Of a DNA stretch of 64,000 nt, positions 1 through 10,138 are shown piece after piece. The stretch's first letter is position 1, and each line of letters begins with the position of its first letter. Both the position numbers and the translations under genes were made by a program. The notes beneath the pieces are model-generated. The model saw only the letters and a list, made by a program, of their open reading frames with translations. It made no database searches and was not told the DNA's origin. This DNA is from Octopus sinensis (lineage: Eukaryota): NCBI RefSeq assembly GCF_006345805.1, contig NC_042998.1:90334001-90398000 (forward strand), read 5' to 3'.

Positions 1-44
1 AGCAATAATAATTCTCTAAACGAGATATAGACAGTAACTGCTCC

Positions 45-258
45 ATAACAAAAGGGACATTAGCCATTTGAATGTGGCTAGGGACAGGGCAGGGCGGTGG
101 GGGTGTTACTGATGCATTTAGCCCCAGGCGATCATCAACGTCACCAGATAGGCTGGCACCGACGTTGATGATCGCCTGGGGCTAAATGCATCAGTAACAC
201 CCCCACCGCCCTGCCCTGTCCCTAGCCACATTCAAATGGCTAATGTCCCTTTTGTTAT
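45..258. repeat. Perfect inverted repeat, 98-bp arms (45-142 / 161-258) with 18-nt spacer
   Basis: ataacaaaagggac...catcaacgtc is the exact reverse complement of gacgttgatg...gtcccttttgttat; spacer accagataggctggcacc. Confidence 0.95.
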
Positions 259-286
259 ATATATATATATATTATATATATATATA

Positions 287-343
<57 letters not shown>

Positions 344-402
344 TTAATATATATATATTATATAATATATAATATATATATTATATATTATATATATATA
401 TA

Positions 403-460
<58 letters not shown>

Positions 461-519
461 ATATATATATATAATATATATATATATAATATATATATAT
501 ATTATATATTATATATATA

Positions 520-590
<71 letters not shown>

Positions 591-1025
591 TTTATATATA
601 ATATATATATTATATATATATATAATATAATATATATTATATATATATATATATATATTTTATATATATATATAATTTATATATATATATTTATATATAT
701 ATATATTTATATATTTATATATATATTTATATATATATATATTTATATATTATTTATATATTTATATTTATATATATTATATAATATATATTTATATATT
801 ATATTATATATATTATATTATATATATTATATATATTTATATATATATATATATATTTATATATATTTATATATATATATTATATAATATATATATTTAT
901 ATATATATATATTTATTATATATATATAATATATATATATATATATTTATATATTATAATATATATATATTATAATATATATATATTATATATATATTAT
1001 ATATATATTTATATATATATATATT

Positions 1026-1056
<31 letters not shown>

Positions 1057-1124
1057 ATTTATATATATATATAATATATATATATATTTTTATATATTTA
1101 TATATATATATTTATATATATATA

Positions 1125-1165
<41 letters not shown>

Positions 1166-1170
1166 TATAT
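259..1170. repeat. Degenerate (TA)n microsatellite / AT-only tract
   Basis: About 900 bp almost entirely A/T dinucleotide repeats. Confidence 0.97.
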
Positions 1171-1404
1171 AAAACAGAGAGAGAGAGGTAAGTTATATTA
1201 AATCTCTGAGCGAGAGATAAAGAGTAATAGTCTGGAATCGTAAAATATATTTGCCGACTAAATGTGGTGGTCCTATAGAGGACAATGCTACTGTTGTTTT
1301 TAGCCCCAAAAAGACATCTCCTCCAGCTGGCCAACGACACACAGTCTGCGTCCGATTTGTATTTGCGAGGGAGGTCATCGCTCCCATTTCTAGCCTTACG
1401 TGAT

Positions 1405-1453
1405 ACACACAGACCCGAGTTTTTGAGTGATTGTTACCGTCTTCAGTGTGTGT
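1405..1453 (-). ncRNA. Degenerate minimal type I hammerhead ribozyme (G12A), copy B1
   Basis: Minus strand: ACACACA-CUGAAGA-(weak helix II)-AAAA-C-UCGG-GUC^UGUGUGU. Helix I is 7 bp and the GUC triplet is intact, but GAAA is mutated to AAAA. Confidence 0.65.
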
Positions 1454-1613
1454 TAATCACTGACTAGTGATGAAGAACTCATCCCACAGGCAAAATACTA
1501 TGTCCTTTTTCTAGCGACACACTGTCGCTGATCTCGTAAAAGAGGGAGATAAGTTATATTAAATCTCTAAGTAGGAGATAAACAGCGACAGTACGGAATC
1601 GTAAAATATATTA

Positions 1614-1660
1614 ACACACACTGAAGACGGGTAAGCACCCAGAAACTCGGGCCTGTGTGT
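1614..1660 (+). ncRNA. Degenerate minimal type I hammerhead ribozyme (U16.1C), copy B2
   Basis: ACACACA-CUGAAGA-c-GGGU-aagc-ACCC-a-GAAAC-UCGG-GCC^UGUGUGU. Core, helix I and helix II are intact, but the cleavage triplet is GCC instead of GUC. Confidence 0.7.
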
Positions 1661-1824
1661 ATCACGTAAGACCAGAGATGGAAGTGATGACCTACCTCGC
1701 AAATACTAATCGGACGCAGACTGTGTTGTTGACCAGCTGGAGGAGATGTCTTCTTGGGGCTTAAAACAACAGTAGCACCGTCCTCTATAGGACCGCCACA
1801 TTCAGTTAGCAAATATATTTTACG

Positions 1825-1909
<85 letters not shown>

Positions 1910-1926
1910 ATATATATATATATAAT

Positions 1927-1959
<33 letters not shown>

Positions 1960-1961
1960 GC

Positions 1962-2014
<53 letters not shown>

Positions 2015-2157
2015 TTTATATATAATCTCTATATATAAATTAATATGTTCAATAAGAAAGAATTATTTTCGAAATTTTTTCTTTTATGAGGTTTTTCACG
2101 CTATCTACCCGATAATTTCTTGTTAAGTTTTCTTTATTAAGAAGTTGTCCTTAATTG

Positions 2158-2218
<61 letters not shown>

Positions 2219-3189
2219 CATATAAGAGGGATGACCACTAGGTGGACATCCAATATGCTAAATGTAGACCCCATATGGTCTGACCAATAAGAAAACTTTG
2301 TTCTCAAGAAAATTCGGCCAACGCCAGAACGTAAGCGAGCAAGACAAATGAAAAGATACAAAATATAATGCTTATCCACATGCAAGATTTCATTGTTACT
2401 ATTTACATATTTACATACGTAAATGTCCGAAAATCATCAGTGCGACCGTCATAGAAAATATAATTTGCAGAACTATACACGAAACGTCCACACGAAAGAG
2501 AATATGCATACAGCTCTGTCAATTACATTTGGAGTTATATTTCAAATGTCTTCGTTTTGGCGCGCCAAAGCCGCAAATGACTTTGCAGAAAATAATTTTC
2601 TGCATCGAAGCCTGCCGGTTAGAGAACATGGTTATTTGAAATTTAAGTAATAAGGGTAAAAAATTGATATTAATTTGATTAATATCAATTTAAACCTGTG
2701 ACCTAGAATACTGAAAAATCTGAAGATTCAGAAAAATTATATTACATGCATATAAGAGGGATGACCACTAGGTGGACATCCAATATGCTAAATGTAAACC
2801 CGTTATGGTTTGGCCACTAAGAAAATTTTGATCTCAAGAAAATTCGGCAAACGCCAGAATGTAAGCGAGCAAGACAAATGAAAAGATACAAAATATAATA
2901 ATTAGCCACTTAATAGGTTTCATTGCTACCATTTACTTATGTACATACGTAAATGTCCGAAAATCATCAGTGCGACCGTCATAGAAAATGTAATTTGAAG
3001 AACTATACATGAGACGTCCACACGAAAGAGAACATGCATACTATTCTGTCAATTACATTTGGGGATATATTTCAAATGTCTTCGTTTATAATAATATAAT
3101 ATAGTATAATATAATATAATATAATATAATATAATATAATATAATATAATATAATATATAATATAATATAAATAATATATATATACATG

Positions 3190-3224
<35 letters not shown>

Positions 3225-3318
3225 ATAGTTGGAATTTACAAAAAAAATTAAAGACGAAGACGGGTGTGTAAACAACAAACAGGTGTTTTAGTTTAACGCT
3301 CGGGAAGGTGAGAAAAAG

Positions 3319-3356
3319 TCTTTTACGTTTCGTTTCTAGGCTCTTCAACAGAAAGA
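3319..3356 (-). ncRNA. Decayed hammerhead-like motif in duplication unit 1
   Basis: Minus strand: UCUUU-CUGUUGA-a-gagcctagaaac-GAAAC-GUA^AAAGA. Helix I 5 bp, palindromic ACGU helix III; A6U change and broken helix II. Confidence 0.45.
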
Positions 3357-3440
3357 AACACGAAAAAATAAACACAGTGAGAGTAAATAAATATATATAT
3401 ATATATATATATAATATATATATAATATATATTATATAAT

Positions 3441-3500
<60 letters not shown>

Positions 3501-3559
3501 ATATATATATAGATATATATATATATATAATATATATACATATATATATATATATATGC

Positions 3560-3607
<48 letters not shown>

Positions 3608-3758
3608 TATATTAATTTATATATAATCTCTATATATAAATTAATATGTTCAATAAGAAAGAATTATTTTCGAAATTTTTTCTTTTATGAGGTTTTTCAC
3701 GCTATCTACCCGATAATTTCTTGTTAAGTTTTCTTTATTAAGAAGTTGTCCTTAATTG

Positions 3759-3821
<63 letters not shown>

Positions 3822-4792
3822 CATATAAGAGGGATGACCACTAGGTGGACATCCAATATGCTAAATGTAGACCCCATATGGTCTGACCAATAAGAAAACT
3901 TTGTTCTCAAGAAAATTCGGCCAACGCCAGAACGTAAGCAAGCAAGACAAATGAAAAGATACAAAATATAATGCTTATCCACATGCAAGATTTCATTGTT
4001 ACTATTTACATATTTACATACGTAAATGTCCGAAAATCATCAGTGCGACCGTCATAGAAAATATAATTTGCAGAACTATACACGAAACGTCCACACGAAA
4101 GAGAATATGCATACAGCTCTGTCAATTACATTTGGAGTTATATTTCAAATGTCTTCGTTTTGGCGCGCCAAAGCCGCAAATGACTTTGCAGAAAATAATT
4201 TTCTGCATCGAAGCCTGCCGGTTAGAGAACATGGTTATTTGAAATTTAAGTAATAAGGGTAAAAAATTGATATTAATTTGATTAATATCAATTTAAACCT
4301 GTGACCTAGAATACTGAAAAATCTGAAGATTCAGAAAAATTATATTACATGCATATAAGAGGGATGACCACTAGGTGGACATCCAATATGCTAAATGTAA
4401 ACCCGTTATGGTTTGGCCACTAAGAAAATTTTGATCTCAAGAAAATTCGGCAAACGCCAGAATGTAAGCGAGCAAGACAAATGAAAAGATACAAAATATA
4501 ATAATTAGCCACTTAATAGGTTTCATTGCTACCATTTACTTATGTACATACGTAAATGTCCGAAAATCATCAGTGCGACCGTCATAGAAAATGTAATTTG
4601 AAGAACTATACATGAGACGTCCACACGAAAGAGAACATGCATACTATTCTGTCAATTACATTTGGGGATATATTTCAAATGTCTTCGTTTATAATAATAT
4701 AATATAGTATAATATAATATAATATAATATAATATAATATAATATAATATAATATAATATATAATATAATATAAATAATATATATATACATG

Positions 4793-4827
<35 letters not shown>

Positions 4828-4920
4828 ATAGTTGGAATTTACAAAAAAATTAAAGACGAAGACGGGTGTGTAAACAACAAACAGGTGTTTTAGTTTAACG
4901 CTCGGGAAGGTGAGAAAAAG

Positions 4921-4958
4921 TCTTTTACGTTTCGTTTCTAGGCTCTTCAACAGAAAGA
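4921..4958 (-). ncRNA. Decayed hammerhead-like motif in duplication unit 2
   Basis: Identical to 3319-3356. Confidence 0.45.
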
Positions 4959-5314
4959 AACACGAAAAAATAAACACAGTGAGAGTAAATAAATATATAT
5001 ATATATATATATATAATATATATATAATATATATAATATAATATATATATATATAGTTTAACAATTAAGGATAATCTCTTAATAAGGGATCTTAACAAGA
5101 AATTATCGGGTAGCTAGCGTGAAAACCTCATAAAAGAAAAGAATTCGAAAATAATTTTTTTTCTTTTGAACAAATTAATTATATCTATATTGTATAGAGG
5201 GCATTATTACACATAAATGCCTCACACTAGGAGGGACAAAGTCATTACTACCAAAATTATACTAATCATACCCAAATGCAGTTTTTCAAAGCAAGACATT
5301 TAAAAAATGAATTT

Positions 5315-5372
5315 AGTTCTGTATCACCGTGATTTCACATTCAACTTACGTCTAATGATCATCAGCAGAACT
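5315..5372 (-). ncRNA. Minimal type I hammerhead ribozyme, copy A1
   Basis: Exact reverse complement of 6139-6196. Confidence 0.8.
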
Positions 5373-5797
5373 GATTCTGAACACATCATAAATAAACTAC
5401 CAACCTTACGTAGCGAAGACGAACAGACAACTGCTCACTCCGGCCAAGCACATGGAATGTTTATAAATCATATATCCGGTAAATGGCGGGCTTTTTACGA
5501 ACTGCATGTCGGGTAATGAAAAGTATTTCGGAATAAGTTTAACAATTAAGGATAATCTCTTAATAAGGGATCTTAACAAGAAATTATCGGGTAGCTAGCG
5601 TGAAAACCTCATAAAAGAAAGAAAAGAATTCGAAAATAATTTTTTTTCTTTTGAACAAATTAATTATCTATATTGTATAGAGGGCATTATTACACATAAA
5701 TGCCTCACACTAGGAGGGACAAAGTCATTACTACCAAAATTATACTAATCATACCCAAATGCAGTTTTTCAAAGCAAGACATTTAAAAAATGAATTT

Positions 5798-5855
5798 AGT
5801 TCTGTATCACCGTGATTTCACATTCAACTTACGTCTAATGATCATCAGCAGAACT
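5798..5855 (-). ncRNA. Minimal type I hammerhead ribozyme, copy A2
   Basis: Exact reverse complement of 6139-6196. Confidence 0.8.
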
Positions 5856-6138
5856 GATTCTGAACACATCATAAATAAACTACCAACCTTACGTAGCGAA
5901 GACGAACAGACAACTGCTCACTCCGGCCAAGCACATGGAATGTTTATAAATCATATATCCGGTAAATGGCGGGCTTATTCCGAAATACTTTTCATTACCC
6001 GACATGCAGTTCGTAAAAAGCCCGCCATTTACCGGATATATGATTTATAAACATTCCATGTGCTTGGCCGGAGTGAGCAGTTGTCTGTTCGTCTTCGCTA
6101 CGTAAGGTTGGTAGTTTATTTATGATGTGTTCAGAATC

Positions 6139-6196
6139 AGTTCTGCTGATGATCATTAGACGTAAGTTGAATGTGAAATCACGGTGATACAGAACT
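6139..6196 (+). ncRNA. Minimal type I hammerhead ribozyme, copy A3 (predicted cleavage after 6189)
   Basis: AGUUCUG-CUGAUGA-uCAUUaGAC-guaa-GUUgAAUGu-GAAAUCAC-g-GUGAUA^CAGAACU. Perfect 7-bp helix I, intact CUGAUGA and GAAA, GNRA-capped helix II, self-complementary helix III, AUA triplet. Confidence 0.8.
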
Positions 6197-6617
6197 AAAT
6201 TCATTTTTAAATGTCTTGCTTTGAAAAACTGCATTTGGGTATGATTAGTATAATTTTGGTAGTAATGACTTTGTCCCTCCTAGTGTGAGGCATTTATGTG
6301 TAATAATGCCCTCTATACAATATAGATATAATTAATTTGTTCAAAAGAAAAAAATTATTTTCGAATTCTTTTCTTTTATGAGGTTTTCACGCTAGCTACC
6401 CGATAATTTCTTGTTAAGATCCCTTATTAAGAGATTATCCTTAATTGTTAAACTTATTCCGAAATACTTTTCATTACCCGACATGCAGTTCGTAAAAAGC
6501 CCGCCATTTACCGGATATATGATTTATAAACATTCCATGTGCTTGGCCGGAGTGAGCAGTTGTCTGTTCGTCTTCGCTACGTAAGGTTGGTAGTTTATTT
6601 ATGATGTGTTCAGAATC

Positions 6618-6675
6618 AGTTCTGCTGATGATCATTAGACGTAAGTTGAATGTGAAATCACGGTGATACAGAACT
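6618..6675 (+). ncRNA. Minimal type I hammerhead ribozyme, copy A4 (predicted cleavage after 6668)
   Basis: Identical to 6139-6196. Confidence 0.8.
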
Positions 6676-6803
6676 AAATTCATTTTTTAAATGTCTTGCT
6701 TTGAAAAACTGCATTTGGGTATGATTAGTATAATTTTGGTAGTAATGACTTTGTCCCTCCTAGTGTGAGGCATTTATGTGTAATAATGCCCTCTATACAA
6801 TAT

Positions 6804-6864
<61 letters not shown>

Positions 6865-6874
6865 AGAGAGTATA

Positions 6875-7690
6875 TAGATGAAACAAAGGCGACTGAAGAA
6901 GGGGAATTTTCCTTATTTTGTATGTCCTGTACTCTATTTTTTCGTTGTTTATGAAAAATGTCCATTTCCTTGGTTTTGTGTTTATGTTTTCGTTTCTCAT
7001 TGTGTTCGACGTTTTTTTTTTTTGGTGTCCTGTACCCATATATGCATGTAGAGGTAGGTACGTACATATATGTATGTATATATGCATATGTTTTATTTAT
7101 TTACTCCTCCTCCTCCTCCCTCCCGTCGTTGACCCGCGACGAGAACTCTGCTACTATCTTTCTTCTCCTGGCCACCTTCAAGTAGAGACGGAACGTCTGT
7201 TGCTCCCTCGCCGTTCTCAAAAAATAGCGTTCGTAAAATATTTTATCTCGTTCGGCTTAACAGCCCTTCTTGTTTGTGTTACTGTTATTCTCCTTGTCCT
7301 GTCTTTTGCTGTTTATATTTTGCACTGTCGTTACTGTCCTGTTTTTGTAACCATTTTTACCCCTCCGAAAAAAAATCTCAAATTTTATTTAATTTGATTT
7401 TCGCGGAAAGGATTGTTTTATTAAAGTCATGTATCGCCTTGACCTTCGAAACGTGGAGTAGATGAAACAAAAGCGACTGAAGAAGGGGAATTTTCCTTGT
7501 TTTGTATGTCCTGTATTCTATTTTTTCGTTGTTTAAGAAAAATGTCCATTTCCTTGGTTTTGTGTTTATGTTTTCGTTTCTCATTGTGTTCGAGGTTTTT
7601 TTTTTTTGGTGTCCATGCATGTATATATACATGTAGAGGTAGGTACGTACATATATGTATGTATATATGCATACGTTTTATTTATTTATT

Positions 7691-7692
<2 letters not shown>
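6875..7692 (+). repeat. Pair of ~230-bp diverged direct repeats (6875-~7101 and 7459-~7692) of an unclassified family
   Basis: tagatgaaacaaa.gcgactgaagaaggggaattttcc...catatatgtatgtatatatgcat in both copies. Confidence 0.8.
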
Positions 7693-7765
<73 letters not shown>

Positions 7766-7769
7766 AGAG

Positions 7770-7813
<44 letters not shown>

Positions 7814-8323
7814 AGAGTATATATACATACACACATATATATACACATTCATATATGGGTACAGGACGTCACCAAACAGTAAGCAAATGAGTTCAATATA
7901 CAAACAACGAGAGAAACAAATGGAAAACAGGGCAAGTAACATAAAGAACGACCCTTCGTCAGTTGCTAGCTGTCTATCCACTCCTCATTTCGAGCATTGA
8001 ACGACAGCCCAATATGTTAAGAGCTGCTCTTAACATATTGGGCTTCTAGACTGTTTGTCTAAGTCATATTTTCTTTCCTTTTCCTTCTTCCCTTTGTTTA
8101 TATTCAATGCTCTTGTCTATTACTCTGATGAAGATCCGTTGCCTTAATTTCAGTGTCTTATGAAGATGAAGAACTTTATTCTCGCATTTATTTATAGACT
8201 GCATTTTGGTAACCGATCAGTAACGGTCGCCTATTTTATAACGTCATGCTTTCTATCAAAAAATAAGCTATAAATGTGGTCCAATCGATGTGTTTGTTTA
8301 CCTGTGGTTTTCTCCATTTTCTA

Positions 8324-8376
<53 letters not shown>

Positions 8377-9397
8377 AAAAACTAACACTTCCCTTCTTCG
8401 GGCTTAGATTCGAAACCGAATCTAAGGATTTTTGCTCGTCTGATCCACCACTGACCAAACAGGCGCGAAAGAAATTTCTTTGTTCTGTCAAAAAAATCCA
8501 TTGTTTCCCTTCAACCTTCGACCTCAGCCGTTTCAGCTGGAGTTCAAATGGACAGGAGTTAGCCTATTTCGGTACAATTTCTCCTGTGGTATGTCTGTCC
8601 TTCTAGCTGCCAAGACTTTTTATAAATAGTGTGATCCGTCAAGAGACAGTCAAGTCAGAAAGTAGCACCCGGCACAGACGGAGAGCGCCAGTGAAACTGA
8701 CAACAGAGAAGCAGATATTCAACATGAACGACCATTATTTCTATCGCAGAACCTAAACAGACACCACTGAATAACCATCGCATACACAGACACAACAGTA
8801 CAAACCGATGTTATTCCATTGTTTACTTTGAAGGTGTCCACATGCCTATTTCATTAGTTACCTCAACATTTTGTACCACACCTTTTCCGCAACACACACA
8901 CACATAGAACACACAAAACACACAGAATATACACAAGACTGGTTTTCTAACATTTTTTTTTGTTTCCATGTTTGTGTTTCTTTTTATTTTGCGTTTTGTT
9001 TTCTTTTTCTTTCTCCGTTATGTTTTTCTAAGTTTTTCTCTTTTTAAATGTATATGTGTATTACTGAAATAATCGATAGAAACCACTACTATTATATTAA
9101 TCTCGATTGCCATGAAGAAAAAAAAAACACTATTGTTTAACTTGCTTGACAAGTGACTTCATTCTGATCACTGACACCGAGAACTAAGTTGAATGTAAAT
9201 AAACTTAGAAAGGTTTTAACAACAATATATCACCCCGCCCCGGACTGGAGTCCTTATGTACACGGCTTGAGAATACATAGATTAGTACTGTGGCCCAAGG
9301 ATCGTTGGTGTTGCCAAGCAACTCCTCAGTTTGTCCACCATGTACGGTAAAATGTTTGGATATTTTAACACTTTAGATTGTATAATTGTTTCTGATT

Positions 9398-9580
9398 TAG
9401 GCACAAGGCCAGCAAAGGAATTGGAGATTAGTCGATACCATCAACCCAGTGCCTAACTTTATTGACTCCGTAGGTTGAATGGTAAATTTAATCCGGGTGG
9501 GATTTGAGCTTACATAGCAGCCAGAACAAATACCACGGTACATTTTTTCTGATATTCTATTAATCATGCCAGCTCGCCTC
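9398..9580 (+). mobile_element. Diverged copy of an abundant SINE-like interspersed repeat
   Basis: ggcacaaggcc...gtcgata.catcaaccccagt...gatttgagct...ccagctcgcc; the same family recurs at ~29200, ~30270, 34943-35524, ~36070, ~37940, ~42880 and ~63710. Confidence 0.7.
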
Positions 9581-10138
9581 TTTTTATCGTTTATAATACT
9601 ATCATGAAATGCAGCAAAAATAAAAATAATGGTCAGTGTGTATTTTAGATGGATATCGTGATTCATAGCCAAAGTAATTGTTATTGTTTAAATGTAAGTC
9701 AGTGTTGATATGTAGGCGAAATGAGTTATTGTATTTATTTGTTTCCAACAATAGTGGCTGAAACTGTCTTCGTTACAAGTCATGTTCAGTAGAAACGGAA
9801 CAAGACTTTTGACTGTGTTGGTTTAACATTTCTGAATTATTAACATGATCTGAAGTGTTTCTGTCTTTTTATTAGACAAAAAAATTAAGTATGGAAGACT
9901 TATTAGCTTGTATATTACAGTTACAAAAGCAACAGCTGCAACATGAGTTGCACCAACAACTACAACAAAAATAAGTTGTTGGAACTGATACTGAAGTTAG
10001 GAAATACTGCAAGTAGGTTTTCACCAGATGGCGTAGCGAATGCTATAACTGAATTTAGTTATAACCCAGAAGAGGGTATAACTTTTTCGATATACTTCAG
10101 AAGATACGAAGATATTTTCAAGGAAGAATGCAAGCGTT

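Larger units (their letters stand above)
1184..1827. mobile_element. Hammerhead-bearing repeat array B: ~361-bp monomer, start of a second monomer, then an inverted copy
   Basis: aagttatattaaatctct recurs at 1190 and 1551 (period 361). 1610-1827 is a diverged reverse complement of ~1246-1456. Junction microhomology ATT at 1610-1612. Flanked by (TA)n on both sides. Confidence 0.8.
2011..5055. repeat. Near-identical tandem duplication (~1.6-kb units at ~2011 and ~3611), each with an internal ~530-bp diverged direct repeat and (TA)n, (ATAAT)n and (TG)n tracts
   Basis: Same sequence blocks in the same order; identical 75-aa ORFs at 2423 and 4026; differences seen are microsatellite lengths and at least one substitution (gcgagc/gcaagc). 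Confidence 0.9.
5056..6810. mobile_element. Hammerhead-bearing repeat array A: two ~480-bp monomers followed by two inverted monomers (retrozyme / Penelope pLTR-like), forming a ~1.6-kb palindrome
   Basis: Units 5056-5536 and 5537-5976, inverted units 5974-6453 and 6454-6810. Arms 5180-5976 / 6018-6810, 41-nt loop, CTT microhomology at 5974-5976, (TA)n on both flanks. Confidence 0.85.

Noticed and set aside
2360-2975. Minus-strand CUGAUGA...GAAA in the ~530-bp internal repeats (tcatcag at 2434 and 2964)
   Set aside because: No helix I complementarity, and the second copy has G at the cleavage position; not supportable as a hammerhead
259-5064. Many YI/IY- and HT-rich ORFs
   Set aside because: They are translations of (TA)n, (ATAAT)n and (CA)n microsatellites, which lack stops in some frames
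5307-6683. Four copies of a 69-86-aa ORF (MNLVLYHRDFTFNL...)
   Set aside because: Repeated only because the monomer is repeated. It is the antisense reading of the ribozyme region and has no recognisable motif.
2011-6810. CRISPR-like array
   Set aside because: The repeats are hundreds of bp long with no unique spacers, and the context is eukaryotic
6875-8140. CTGAAGA / CTGACGA / CTGATGA motifs at ~6892, ~7477, ~7955 (minus) and ~8124
   Set aside because: No correctly placed GAAA or consistent helices for type I, II or III topologies
8403-8426. Perfect 10-bp hairpin cttagattcg-aaac-cgaatctaag
   Set aside because: Short, AT-rich and single; it lies in what looks like a decayed SINE head, so it is uninformative
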